NCBI RefSeq assembly: GCF_009914755.1
Contig: NC_060934.1
Length of the DNA: 64,000 nucleotides
From: the human T2T-CHM13v2.0 reference genome, Homo sapiens
Direction: 5' to 3' (one strand)
Each line of letters begins with the position of its first letter. The first letter of the stretch is position 1. The notes beneath the pieces are model-generated. The model had not been told where the DNA came from and made no database searches. It saw only the letters and a program-made list of their open reading frames with translations. Below, piece after piece: positions 1 to 17,910 of the stretch. Made by a program: the position numbers and the translations under genes.

Positions 1-2863
1 ACTTTAACTTACAGAGTTACGAAAGCTTTCAGATATAATAGTGTTTTATGAATTCTAAAGCTCCATATAAAAAGTATTAATGTCTAATGGGCCAGTAATT
101 CACAAACTTTCTGGAGCCTCCTTCTTCTTTGATCACCCCCATATCAATTAACTGCCAAGTCCTATATTGATTGATCCAGCAGGATCTCACATATTTATTA
201 CCTCATCTTAATCACTACTAAACTACCCTCAGCCCTCATCCAGTCTCATCAAGATTACTACAATAATCTAACTGCTGCCCTGCTGATAGCCCACCTTCAG
301 TTTCTGCCCAAGTAGACTATGATGTGCTTCTGCTCCACTTCAAAGCTTTCAATGGCTTTCTGCTGCCTTTTCAATACAGAACAAATCCCTTGAACTAACA
401 GTCAAGCTCCCTTACCCTAGATTCTTATCTAGTCTCATTCAGCACATATATATAACATACACACACTCACAAACTCTACCTTCTGTGCAGCCTACATACT
501 AGAAACTCAGAAATTCATTTTTCTATAGCATCTGTTTGTGCTGCTACAGATACGATCCTGGAATATCTTTCCTTCTTAACTCCAAAACTTATCCAACCTT
601 TTGATCTTGCTCAAACAATAGTTTGCTTCAAGTCTATCCAAATTTACTCTCCAGCTAAAAAGTAATTCTCCCTCTTGTAATTTATTTGAACTTTTTTTCA
701 CAAGACACTTAAGACTTTCTGCTTTCTGTTGTTATTTATGAACGTGCCTTCTAGCCCTTACTAGAAGCTCCTTTAAGACAAGATTTATGATTGATTCACC
801 ATTCCTACAACAGTGGTGTTCATATGTAAAACTGTCAATAAAAATATGTTAAATTAACTGACACTTTCTATCTGGATTAGCTGATTTTACAAAGCTCATC
901 CTCCTCCTCTCCATTGCCTTTCAGAATCTCTATTACTTAGCAAAAATATTATAGTTTTCTTTTGTGTAAGTTGATTAAACTGTCTATAGGCTAAGCTTTC
1001 TATACTGGAACTACCTCTAAGTTTTCCCAACTCTAAAGCACAAGCTCACATTTCAAAAATTAAAAGTACAAAAACATTAAATGTTAGAGGAAAAACAATC
1101 ATACTACTAAATTATGTAAGGGTAAAAAAATCAACTGGAGAAGGTGAAAGTTTCTAACATTTATCTGTGCACAACTCAGGCTGACACTTTGAAGAGAAGA
1201 ATGTGACAGCTTACAAGAAAACAAACTCACTCATTCCCCTTAATTTCTGAAGGCTCATGAAAGTCTGACAGGCCAGCCACAGGGTGATCTCTCATGTGTA
1301 TCGCCCATGACAATTATGGCTTCAATAAAAATGGTCTCTATTTTTAATAAACTCCAACTGGTTTTCAGGAAATAGCCAGGCTAACATGGTCATATTTAAG
1401 AAGGCATATTTCACCAATTAGCAGCTAACTTATTTAGTTCATGGACCTAAATAAGACTGTGCATGGAGAGGTACAAAATCAGTGTGGTAGCAGAGGGCAA
1501 GGTGGTGTGAAAGGCTGAGTCCAGGGTTCAGCTGTGGTGACACATACAAATGGCTGTGCTGAGGATCACCTTGCCCCTCTACTTTCTTTTGGTTTGATTT
1601 GGTTTTCCTCTTTAAACAGCTATTAAGAGTCTCCCTATGAATTTTCAAAGTGTTTATGACTCAAATCTGGGAAATACTGATAAAAATCACAGCTCATTAT
1701 AAGCATTTGAAATGATTTGCCCTAACGATAGATAAATGAAATATAACGAGTTTTTAAAGTACTCTGTAATTCACACTGGAAATAACCTGCAGTTGTCCTT
1801 ATATTAATTTGACAGTTGCTTAATATGAAATAATCGGGCTGCTATACAGACACTTTGTTTCCTCCCCATCAAGGATTGCCAGCAGAAGGGGGAAAAGAGG
1901 AAAAGAAGTGCTAAGCAATGAAACCTCCTTTCATTTTTAGTCTCCACTCCTATGGCCCAGCTCTTATCAGCTAGTGCAGGACGAAGGAGGAGGAATGAAG
2001 GGAGAAAGAGTCCTCCTGCCAATTCTCACCACAACCCTACTTCCAATCTCTCCTAAGCACTGCTGTGTTTCTAGTGACAGAAATCTGCATTAGTTTTTCA
2101 CTTCAGAAAACAAGCCATCAGAGGTTTAAAATTCACAGACTTTCTGGATGTGGTGGAAATTTCCCCATCATGACTCCTAATTCCAAATAATTAACAACTA
2201 GTCTGGGAACACAATCAGTTTAGGAAGAAGATCTTCATCCAATTCTTGAAACAAAATATGCCTCTAATCAAAAACAGTCACACTATTTTCCTACACAAAC
2301 TTCATTAAACATGAAGAATAGAATTGTGTAGGTTTATAAAACATGAAGGAAGTTCTTCTTTAAACAGTATTTATTGCACAATCATATCGATTTTCATGCT
2401 AATAATAAACAGCAGAATTCTTACTTTAGAAAAGACAAAACATAATAATACATCCTTATTATCCTATGCCGCCAAAGAATTTACTTCTCAGTACTATTAT
2501 GGTAAATGATTATTCCTTAGGAAATAAACCCACACTGGCACAAGACGCTCTGACATGTCTTTCCTATTTCTCACTTCTATTACTGTACGACTACATGGCC
2601 ATATCCATCAATCACTTTTGTAAACACCACCAAACCACATTGCTATTATGTCCAAGCCAATGGATACTTTCAATACCACAGTCACATTATTATCCATCTT
2701 TATAGACAGGCAATCAAACTCAACATGACAAAATTTCAGAGAAACAGCTAATGGTGATATAAGTTTTCTAGCCCTAGAAGTAAAATGGATGTAATTTGTC
2801 CAAGAAATACAGGTGAGCAATAACTTCAATCTTTTATTATAGTTTATACTTTTAAATAATTAG

Positions 2864-3215
<352 letters not shown>

Positions 3216-3694
3216 TAAGTAATTTTTATGGTAGTTCAATGACAGCTTAGCACACTCACAGCGCTATTATAAAATGTGCCATGCAAATCAAGTAACGTGC
3301 ATACATACATATTATAGTGCTTAATTCTTAATTTAATTAAATTATCCAGTATGGAATAATAATATTATAGTCTGAACTTCACTCTTATTAAGGATGAAAC
3401 AAAACTAATTTTCCTAAAAGGCTTGAGGACACTCTCTGGAAGCGCACTCTTTGGAGAAAGAATAAAAATGCAAATACATTTGTAGTTAAAACAAATGCTA
3501 TTACAATGAAAAGATCTTTATTAAAAATGGACAAGTTCTACTCAACAACTCAATTATTTGAAGTAATATCCAATCTAAAAAAATTCAAAATGCAGTCAAA
3601 CAATGTTGAGAAATCTCAGAAGTCCCTGTGAGCAGGTTTCCCAGTAGAAGGATATCAGATGCAGAAGGATCCTTAGGGATGACCTAGTACATTT

Positions 3695-3885
3695 CTATTC
3701 AGTCTAACTTTCTGCAGTGATGAAAATGTTCTATATCTGTGCTGTCCAGGATGGCAGCCGGCAGCCACATGTGGCATTTGAAATGTGGCTACTGTGACTG
3801 AAGAACTGAATTTTAAATTTTCTTTCATTGTAATTAATTTTTATTTAAATAGCCTATGTGGATAGTAGCTAGTGTTTGGACTCCA
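3695..3885. mobile_element. MER3-like hAT DNA transposon remnant
   Basis: ctttctgcagtgatgaaaatgttctatatctgtgctgtcc...agccacatgtggc motifs. Confidence 0.65.
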
Positions 3886-4505
3886 CAGATGTAGTCTTTC
3901 TTGATACGCTACTCCAATGAAACAGTCACCAGGGCAACCGAAAGAAGATTCAGGGGTTTTCAGACATATGTAGATACAACTACAGATGATTAAATCTGTA
4001 GCTTTTTGTTTAGAGATTTTAAAATACACTTAATTTTATTCAACTGCATCAGGCTACTTTTGGTAACTCCAATTCATTTTAAAAGAAGGATGAAAATGGT
4101 CAAATATTCCTCTTGAAGTAATTTTGGTTTTATAGCCCATATAAAAATGAAGGCATATGAGGACTGATGTGGCACATAGCTATATCACATAAAACATTAA
4201 GAGGTCAGGTTCAATCTATCATCTAAGGCATTCATCCTCCTTTTGCATGCAGGGAATTAAAGAGGTAAATGGGCCCCTGAAGCGTGAACTTACGGAGCTC
4301 AGAAATACAAGAAATAGAACAGCCTCTCCCTTTTACTGAATTCTAGTCACATATTGCTACTTAGTCCAAACACATATTGAACACCCACTTTGTCCAGGAC
4401 ATTAGATTGAGCACTGTGAAAAATAAACACCAAGACAAACAATACAAGGTGTCTGTCCTCTAGAAACTTACTACTTTTTAGGGTAAAAATGCTACACAAC
4501 AACTA

Positions 4506-5115
<610 letters not shown>

Positions 5116-5289
5116 ACCATAGTAAAGGTTATGCATACTGGCCTTACCTTTTCTCTCTACCAATCACCAGTCGCAAATGGTCAACTATCACCTTACACAA
5201 AATAATTCCTAAATCTCTCGGTAAGTGATTGTGGTTCAAGGCCCACATTTTTGTGTGCTGGACTACTCTCCCTGAATATCCTGAACTCA

Positions 5290-6170
5290 GTTCAAGAAAC
5301 ATTAACTGTGCATTAGCCATGGGCTAGAAAATAGTAAGATGCCCTGGAAAAATTGGGCCTCATGAATATTCAGACATTTCGTGGCTATATGATGCCTAAT
5401 GTAACAAGCACATGGAGTTGTGCACAGGTACTACTGTGAGCACACAGAGGAGTTTTTAGTAGCGGCTGAGAGGACAAAAAAGGATACTCAGAGGAGATAA
5501 AAACTGAGCTGAGTCTTGAAGGCTGGATTAAGAAGCAGGCAAACACCATGACAGAGAACCACAAGTAATTTAGAGTCATTAGACCATCAGGTTTCAAGCA
5601 GGAAAAGTGGCATGAAATGATGCCAGAGAGGTGGGCAGAGGCAAGGTCATGGAATGCCATAAATATCACCAATAGAGTTGAAAAGAGATGAAATGCCATG
5701 GAAGGTTTTAAGATCTATGCTTCAGATAGTTCACTGTGTGTAAGCAGCATGAAGGATGGATTTGAAGGGATCAACTGCACACAGGGGTCGGCTAGGTGAT
5801 TGTTACAATATACTAGCTGAGTCATGACGATGGTATGGAGGAGACAAGTGTAACAGAAATAGAGCCGAAACTCAAGAAGTATTTAGGAAGTAAAATTATG
5901 ACATCATACTGTAAGATGAGGAAATGGTAGATGAGCAGAAAAAGGTGGCTGAGGCAGAATAGGGCAGCTAAGATGATTAACAAGTTCTGGCTTGAGTGAA
6001 TGAATAGATAAATGGTGGAATCATTCACTGACAGAATGTGGAAGAGTGGTGACAAGGATAGTTTTAGGTACTTGTGGCATATCCAGGTGAATAAATCCAA
6101 TAGTCAATTAGAAGATGGCAGAGAGAAAGAGCAAAAGAAAAAAGATTTGCATATAACCTGCATTAAGTGG
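5290..6170 (-). mobile_element. L2 LINE remnant
   Basis: Degenerate L2 3' motifs (tgagctgagtcttgaagg, gaaggttttaag, atccaggtga). Confidence 0.6.
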
Positions 6171-6448
6171 TATTGAAAGTTCTCACTATGTTAAGTGCTA
6201 GGAACATAACAAAGAACAAATCACAGCCTCATACAAGGAAGCTTATAGAAGATGACTGTAAAACATCAATTACAGAACTTTGAGTGGTAATGATGTGTCA
6301 AGGTAGGTTCATCAATTGTAGCAAATGAACCACTCCGGTGGGGGATGTTGATAATGGGGGAGGGTGTGCATGCCTGGGAGTGGGGGATATATGAGAAATC
6401 AGTGTATTTTGCTATGAATCTAAAACTGCTCTAAAAAAAGAAAGTCTA

Positions 6449-6776
<328 letters not shown>

Positions 6777-7953
6777 TCATGCTGAACACTAAAAGTCAAG
6801 GAAGCACTAACCAGGCAGCAGGGAAAGAGGGACAAGGCCAGAAAAGAAACAGTGACATATGTATCCTAAAGTATAATTGTTTTGGACATGCTGCCCTTGA
6901 GGAATGGAATAAGACGAGCTTTTCCTTTGAGATAACAAGAAAGAGAAGCATGAGGTATGTTGAAACCCTTAAAATAAAGAAACTTAAAGAATTTACCTTT
7001 TAGATGTCCTCAAATCTCTCCGAGAGGTATTAAGTAGGATAAGACTGATAGTGGAATGTCAGTAAATGTTACAAAACAATGAAAAGGTTTGGAATCCTAG
7101 AGTAATAAGGAAATATATAAAAGATGGCAACAGGAAACAAAGGCCTAGTTAAGATTGAATAACATGAACTCTTAGCAAGGCCTATCAGTAAGATTTGTTA
7201 TTCCCTCTCTCCCTCCTTCCCTCTCTCCTCTCGCCCTTTATTTCTTCCTCCTTCCCTTCCTTCCCCATTACAACTGTGCTCTGCAAAGTATGCTCCATGG
7301 AATACTTGCTACAAAGGAAGTCAAAAGCTGTTACATGGAAGCTGTTTATAAATAAGTTTGAAAAAAAAGAGGTTTAATTAAATAAAGCTAAGCATGTTTC
7401 TTTACTTTAAGACTCCTCAGAGCTATTCCCAGAAGAAGGATATAATACCCAGTACATTCCCCCAACTTAACTATTAACCCTTTACTTACGAAGTGTTAAT
7501 ATTTGCGTAATACAACCTGGGACACAGTGGACCAGAAGAAAAGGGATGAACGCAGTGGAGACTCAAAAAACAGAAAGCACAGTAGGAATAAGGGAGTAGA
7601 AAACTAGGAGGCTGTGGTGGGAGAAGAATTCTGAGCTCATGGCTTTAGAGAAGGAGCTGGCCCAGGGGATAATCAGGTCCAAGCTCTGGTCATTTGTGGT
7701 CACATGGGTTAATAAAGTAGAAGGTCTCACACACAGACTGGGTTTGACTAGTAAATGGTTCATCAACATGAATATCAACTGAACCGAAGTTGCCCAAGGC
7801 GATGCCAAGTAACAGGAGAGAGGAAAAGAGGTGTCAAAGATGGGCAGATAACAAGAATGGGAAGAGGGAATATAACCAGATGGCAAAGGATTCAAAGGAA
7901 CGAAGACTGTTGGAAGCTGGTAGGTACTTTCCCTGAGGCTGTGATGCTGCTGC

Positions 7954-8094
7954 TTTTTTTTTTTTTTTTTTTCCCAGTAGAAACAGGGTTTCACCATGTT
8001 GGTCAGGCTGGTCTCAAACTCCTGACCTCAAGTGATCTGTCCGCCTCAGCCTCCCAAAGTATTGGGATTACAGGCGTGAGCCACATGCCCAGCC
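7954..8094 (-). mobile_element. Alu left-arm fragment
   Basis: Poly-T then reverse left arm. Confidence 0.85.
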
Positions 8095-8374
8095 ATGTGG
8101 TTCTAAATGATGCCAGATCTAAGGCTATGGGCCATTAAGGCCGACTTTTGCTAGAGGGTTTTCTTCTTCTTTCTACCTTGAATTCAAATATTTGAACTTA
8201 TTGGGCCTCCCTAGTTTTACTCAATTAGTTTTTATGATGAATCTTCCCTTTTCCCTAGCCATTTTCAATTGACCTAATGTTTGGGTAGTATGTTTAATCT
8301 GATTCAGCTTCTTTCCTAGGTGCTATGTCAAAGACCGACTCTGACAGCATGTGCCACAGTCCATAGATAAAAAT

Positions 8375-8540
8375 GAGATGTCAGTTACTTAAACTCCCTA
8401 AACCTTGGTTTTCCATTCTTCATTTGTAAAACAGAAATATTAATAGCATCTAACTCATGAGGTGGTTGTTAGAATTAAATCAGATAAAGCATACTGCTGA
8501 CACTATAGTTGGTACATAGAAAACTCTCAGTAATAAGCAC
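8375..8540 (+). mobile_element. MIR
   Basis: agttacttaa...catttgtaaaa...aatagcatctaactcatgagg core. Confidence 0.65.
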
Positions 8541-11359
8541 TACCACCTCCATCGCCAAAGATAACCAAATAAGATGATCCAGCAAACACAAAGGAGATAT
8601 GTACAGGGAGGATCTTGTAGAAGAGGTGAGTCTGGGATGAGACAGGCCTATGCCTGCAACAGATAGAAGTGTCCAAGAGAAGTGAGGCTGGAATAGTCTG
8701 CAACTTAAGCAGCAGGCATGGAAGAAGGAAAGGATTACAAAGGGAGACAGGAGCCAACTATCAGGAAAGAGGCTATGCATATGGTTACTTAAGGCAGTGA
8801 GCAGTTCCAACATTGCACTCCCAGTGGAAGATGCCCTTTGTTTATCTTAGAGCTAGGCTTCTCAGGACTGAGGCAGATTAGACCAAGAGCAAGACCTCAA
8901 TACATATCACTTTGGAGTTCATTTGAAAATATTCCATATTTCATTATGCTGGAAATGGCCCTTGCTGCAGAAAATGTCTTTTTGTAACACTTTTCATGTA
9001 ATCAAAGAGCATTTGTGGTGACAAGGCACTATGTCACTCAGCGTACTAAAAACTTTGTTAACACACTATAAAGAAAAATTATTTAGCCTGCTTAGAATCT
9101 GACAGACTCTTGTAGTAAATCATTACCTGTCATTATCATCACAATAAATCGAGGATGAGTATTTTTCTCTACTAGTACTAATAGTAAAATAAGGAGAAAC
9201 ACCATTGGCTTAGTCTTTGGTAAACCACAGCACTAACAGCACCCCCTCATATAAAAGGACCAATGGACCTATTTAGTCTTTGATGAGCAAGTTTACCGCT
9301 TGTTTAGATAGGCTACACACTGAAACAATATATAAATTTGAAAAACAGATCTAACGTTCTGTTTTTATTTACTCATTATTTTTACCTTCAGATAAAAATA
9401 TTACAATAGTCCTTCCAGGGTTAAATATGCAATGTTACATGTAGATAAGTGTTCAAAGCATACTCAAAAGGACTACAGAATTTATTTTTATGAGTAGGAA
9501 CATAAGAAGAATAAATGCAAATTAACAGGAATTATAAATCAAGGCATCATGTTTAACTGTGTTAATAAAATACAAACAAAACAAAACAAAACCCAAAACA
9601 CTTCAGAGCTAGCTGATAGAGATATAAATCATGGGCAAGATTAAAACACAGAATTATTTTCACTCCTCTAACAGTAGATTTTTGGATAATGAAATCAACA
9701 CCACAGCAACATTTAAAAAGAATAACTTCTACTGCTATTTGACACAAATGAAGGGTTAGAGTTATAGGACAAACTAAGTACTAGCTTAATTTCATTATTA
9801 GAATATAAGAGAAAGTCTACTGAATGAATTTTCACTTTTGAGTATCTATAACTTCTAACCTCTTTGTCCACCACATAAATAAATACAATCCAGATAGTGT
9901 TTTGCAAACACAAAATAACAACTCCAACTTCATCAGTGATCTAGTGCATAGAGGGCTCAACTAAGACTGATATTCCATGGTAACTCATCAAGTTTATAAA
10001 AGCAAAGTGCCTAGTTCCAATTGGAGTAATCTGTCCTTTGGGATATGCACTATTTAGAAATCATAAATCATAAATATGAGACCCTCAACATATGTCCCCA
10101 TTCAAAAGCACTCATTAACCAAACCAGGGAGAGAAATTCCACATATTCCATACAAATCTAAAAGTCACAATTGATCTGTTTCAATATTTTAGTGATTCTG
10201 ATTAGCTCCCTTTTGGCTCCTATAGTTCTCATGAATTAAATTGAGCTGTAAAGTAATGCAGACCTTATGATTCCAGAGACTGTGAGTCACCAAGGGAAGA
10301 GGTCCAAAAAGGTTAAATTTCCACTGAACTCCAAATCAGAGGTTCGAAAGCTAGAGAGATAAAGACATTAGCTTTAGTCTTATGAAACATTCAAGGCTGC
10401 TTTCATTTGATTAGGAGTTTGGTACAGGCTCTTTGTGACAAATATAACAAAGACACTTGATATTTTTTAAGCTTTGAAGAAAATCCCAGAAAACAGATTA
10501 TCTACGAAGAATGTTAAATCAAGCTAAGTAATAATGTGTTTATATACATTCAGAAACTTACTTCAGTGTTATCAAAAAACCAAACCAAAACAAAACAAAA
10601 AATGACCACCAAAAGGCTATCATGGAAGGAGGCCACATTCCTTCAGTTACTGAATAACGAAATCTGTTGTGATTTAAAAAGGTAGTTATAACAATTTACC
10701 GCCTTAGGTCAGCTTTTCCCAAACTATTCTAAAAAGCACTAACCCTACATGAAATGTTTATAGACAGTCTGGGGATAAAGGGGTGGGGATAGGAGGAATG
10801 AAGAGAGAAGAAAGAAAAATCCTCTAACAATATTTTTGTTCTAAAATTTTTAATACACAAAAATACTGAGTATATTTGATACAGTTAAAATTACCATGAG
10901 ATAAGCTACTCATAATAGCATGCCACACCTCAGAAAGCCAGGATGTCCACAGTATACCACATATGCTTGAATGCATTGATGCTCAAGTGATGCATAAACA
11001 TACAACTATTGTGTTTTACGTTATTGAATCATAGCTGATTTGTGCTGTGATTTTTGCCTAATAATTTCAACATATATTTTAACTTTTTATTATATAATAA
11101 AGGCATAAATCAAAACTTAATTTCTTCCAGCCATTACTTTGTGTATGTGAAATAACTTTTTGTAATCTATTTTAATACAAGTTTATGTTCTTTTTTCTGA
11201 GTTTCTACTGATGCTCTGTCAATACATTATCATTTTTAAAGTTTTCCATAATCACAAGTTCAAAAACTGTTATTTTAGCTAAACACAGCTATAATAATAC
11301 ATGCCTCAATTTTGGAGACAATGAATTATGTTGTACCTGTTTTTAAAATTTTAAATGGC

Positions 11360-11820
11360 CTTTCTCTTTCTGCCAACTTGGAGCCTGTGGAGGCCTGCTG
11401 GGAACAGGAATACTAAAAGGAAGTATGTCTGGAAGGCTGTGGTCCAAGGCCATTTTTGCTGAGTATAAGTGGGGTCTCCAGAACCAAAGACAGCACACAG
11501 CTCTTTTTAAAATAGAAGGTGCTTATGCCCAAAATGAAACAGAATTCTATTCGGGCATAAGATGTGCTTATATATACAAAACAAAGAACAACAAAGTGAC
11601 TCCTGGTGGCAAACCAAACAAAATCAGAGTAATCTAGGGAAAGGTAACTCGGTCCCAGGGAAATAGTGGCATGGTTCACGCCAAATTCTGAAGCAATCTT
11701 CCTGCTAAGGCCACTGGACACAGAATCTGTGTGATGCTGTACCCCTCAAGCATTTAAATTAATGAAAAGTAAATAAATAAAAGTGGATTTGTGCTCTTGG
11801 AAAAAAAAGTAAAAAAAAAA
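11360..11820 (+). pseudogene. RPL35A processed pseudogene
   Basis: Pyrimidine-tract 5' UTR; intronless [11 protein letters not shown]... frame 11425-11757 (110 codons) with stops at 11635 (TAG) and 11689 (TGA); AATAAA, poly(A) 11800-11820; TSD-like AAAATT(T)TAAATG on both sides. Confidence 0.96.
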
Positions 11821-12755
11821 TTTAAATGACAGAAACAGTTCTGAAGAAAAAGACAGATGTAATAACATGATCAACTTAATTTGCATCATTCAAAACTCAA
11901 TATGATGTCCCATTTACCTTTTAAATTAAGTAGCACATAAATAAAAATGCAAGTTCAATACTAATAGAATTACACACTCTTATTTACAGTGATAGAGGCT
12001 TTAAACAGTCTTTCTCTGACAAGTCATAGGACAAGAGCTGATAGGAGAATGCGTAGTCGATATTTTAATAACTACAGCGAAGACAAAAGATGCACAATTT
12101 CTAAGTTGCAATAATCTATTTTGTATGTATGATTTGAAGTAAAGACTTTATGCTATACATCTATATTTAAATTGTGGTTTACAAAGAGAAACATATTACT
12201 AGCCTCATCACAGCAACATAATCATTCTAAAGTCTAGGTTTTTCATTTTTTACTTTTAAATGTCCTCTCCTTCCTGTACTCCTATCTCTCACTCTCTACC
12301 TTTACCAGCCACAGATGCAAAAAACAAAAGCAAAACCAAAACCACTTCATTTTGTTATTTATGACAGCCTTCATGGAAAAACCAATGGAAGGATGAAACG
12401 AAAGGCTTATACATTTCTATCTTTTCAATTCCAGACATAAAACTCAACATGGAAAGGAAGATGAAATAGTCACTAAAATCCTTAGGCTTCCTTTCAACAA
12501 TTAATCCATTTTCTTAAGAAGTTTGCTACATAAATCAATTGCAGATTTAAAGCTCTTTATAATAACATTTTATGCTTACTGTGAATATTCAAAAAGTACA
12601 TAAAAATATATATGTATAGTCTAATGAATAAATATAAAACAAATATCCAAGTCCAGAAATAGAAGCCAACATTGCAGAAACAGAAGAAACCCCCTTAAAA
12701 ATACATCCCCCATGCCCTTCAGTTACTACAGCTTTAATGTAAATTTCACAAGTTA

Positions 12756-13112
<357 letters not shown>

Positions 13113-13832
13113 AGAGAAGTATTTAAAAATTCCTCCAAGATGCATTGATAGAGGACTTTTATAACATATAGAACATTTTGTTCAACTTTCCAGTGAAAAA
13201 TGCCAGGAGTAAGTACATTGATTCATTTAGAATATAAATTACAGAAGTGTTTGAATTTAATTTTGTGAAACACCACACAGGAGGGCCATAAAACACAGAT
13301 TGTGTGTTTGCAGCACTTCCAGCAGCTGGCAGTGAGGAAGACCAATATTAGCCCTGAAGTTGCAGAAAACACTAAATAACAGCCATTTCGACTCAGTAGC
13401 ACCTAAATATATAATTATAAATAACAAATTAACAGATTGGTCTCTGTGATCTTTGCTGGTTTCTGAAAAACTAATAAAAGCTTAGGTAATACTCCTTACT
13501 TCCATTCCAGTAGAGGTGCTCACACACCAGGGTGGGCTTCTGGGCACCTTACCTCCTGTGCTAGAGACCAGAATGTACATAATTATGGTACCATGGATTC
13601 ACAATGACTGTTGACATGAACTCCTCTTGTTGTAAGGTAGTTTGGGTTACAAAATCCTTTACTTACAGAATTAATCAAAGAAAGGTTTTAAGGAGATAAA
13701 TATCAACAGCTTCAAAATAAACGTAACTGCAAAATATTAATCTTAATACGATGTCAAATTTAATTCTTTTCCTTAATAAAACAAGCCACTCAGAGTTCAA
13801 TGTGACATTTAAGTAAAGAATTTCCAAATTCT

Positions 13833-14780
<948 letters not shown>

Positions 14781-15345
14781 AACCCTTTATAAACAAGCAT
14801 TCCTAGTACAGAACATAAGACACTGAAAATGCAAACCAAATATAATTTATTTTCAACTTAAAACCAAACCAAACAATTGTTTCCCTTGCGCTAAAAATCT
14901 TTTCTTCCACCAATCCCACCTATATAGGTATGTCTGACACTTAATTCTCACTAACCACTGCAAGTGTGGGCAATGTTGTCCCTGTGGGTCATGACTTGCT
15001 AAAGTTCTAGAATAATATCTGGAGATTTGATGGATAGAAAAATAAACAAGTGTATTAAACATCCAAGGTATTTTGTTAAGTACACTCATAATGACAGAAT
15101 AGCAAACAATCACAGGGAGAACCACCTTCAAATCTCTAGATAAGCTTTACACAAATTTCCTCAAATCTCCAACAAACACAGGAATGGATGAGCAGACAAT
15201 TTATCAATTTGATGGAATATTATTGCAACCATTAAGGCTAAACATTATAAAGTTATATAACACAGAAGATTTTATAATACAGCATAAATTTTAAACATAC
15301 ATTTATATCTAGCTATAAGACATCATATATATGGGCAAAGACTTA

Positions 15346-15780
<435 letters not shown>

Positions 15781-16394
15781 CTAAAGAACTGTAAAACCAT
15801 CATCAGCACCTGAGTAATCATCTCATATTTATGATCTACACTAAACACACCAAAACTTGCTATATGTTACCCGTTTCAGGCATGCTTCTGGGCAAGGTCA
15901 CCAGATAAAGGGGAAACAAGGTCCTGTCTGAGTATTCTGATTAAGAAGAGAGAAAAAAATGACTACTTCATAGCAAGGTGACAGAGGTATTGTAACCAAC
16001 GGCATGTTTTACTGCCATCTCAAGGTATTAAATTATACATTACTTCTTACCCCAATTAACCATCATATCCAATTTAAGCCCAGAAACTTACAATACAAAT
16101 GTTATGTCCTGATAACTTAAGTGACAAGGATAATGATTATATCGGTTTGATCTACTTTTCATCATATCAGATATTACATTGCTGTTACAGTGAAAGACAT
16201 TTAGATTCAAGGATATCTGAGATATCCAATTTCCAGACACAAGGATAAGTCTTCCATTATTTATGCCTGCCTTGTAAAAGCCATATGGGTCAAAAGCTCA
16301 ATAAGATAATTCTGAAATTACTGGCACTACCTCGAAATGCAGAATTAGTTTGGATTCTATTAACGTGATGTAAGAATTGCCCTTAGCACCTAGG

Positions 16395-17190
16395 TTTTTT
16401 GCAGAAATTAACAAATTAATCCTAAAATTCAGAGTGAAATGCAAAGAATCCAAAAACAGCCAAAACAAATTTGAAAAAGACCAAAGTTACAGGACACACA
16501 CTTCCTGATTTTAAAACTTACCACAAAGCTATGGAACCAAGACTGTGTGGTACTGGCACAAGGACAGACATACAGATCAGTGTCGTAGAACTGAGAGGCC
16601 AGAAACAATCCTTACGTCAACTGGTTTTGAAAAGGTGCCAAGACAATTCAACACGGGATAGAAGAGTCTTTTCAACAAATGGTGCTGGGACAACTTGTTA
16701 TCCACATGCAAAATAATGAAGTTGAACTCCTACCTTATACCACATATGAAAATTAACTCGAAATGGATATTCACATGGAAAATAATAAAATTGGACTTCT
16801 AATTTACATCATATACAAAAATTAACACAAAATGGGTAATGGTCATAGTGTAAGAGCTAAAGCTATAAAATTCTTAGAAGAAACATAAATCTTCATGAAC
16901 TTAGATTAGCTTCTTAAATATGATCCCGAAAACAGAAGAAAAGAAAAAAAATAATAAACTGACTTTGTCAAAATTAAAAATTTTTGAGCTTCAAAGTGTA
17001 ACATCAAGAAAAAGAAAAAAAAAAAAACACAAAATGGGAGAAAATATTTGCAAATCATATATCTGGTAAGGAACCTGCATCTAAAATATACAAAGAATGC
17101 CTAAAATTCAATAATAAAGACAAAAAATTTGAATAGGTATTTTTCCAAAGAAGATATAGAAATGGCCAATAGACAAATGAAAAGACTCTC
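16395..17190 (+). mobile_element. L1M ORF2 3' fragment
   Basis: ORF-track peptide TLPDFKTYHKA; ttcaacaaatggtgctggga motif. Confidence 0.85.
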
Positions 17191-17655
17191 TCTGCTGATG
17201 GTACTATGAAAGTGATATTCTTATCCACTACTGGCAGCATAGTAAATTGCTACAATTAATCTGTGGAAAAATGATTTTATGGCAAAAGTTTTTAAAAGAT
17301 TTTTAAACAAATGTTTTGTGCCCTTTGACTTAGTCATCTAATTTCTGGAAATCACCTAAAGAAACAATATCAAATATGGGAAAATATATATACATATATA
17401 ATGATGTTGCCACTATGTAACTGAAGGTAAAACTGGATGCAACCTGTATGTTTGAGAATATAAGAACCATTATATTCTCAAAATCTAGTCATGGACTATT
17501 ATACATTCCTTGATAATGCTGATAATGGTATGAAAATATAACAGAAAATGTGTGTTCTAAGAGATGAAAACAAAATTCAATATTAACTCCTAATTGTATT
17601 TACCTAAAACATACATATAAAATAACAGCAAATTTATAAAACTAAAAGATAATTA

Positions 17656-17910
<255 letters not shown>

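Noticed and set aside
11425-11637. 70-aa ORF as a functional ribosomal protein
   Set aside because: Processed pseudogene with premature stops.
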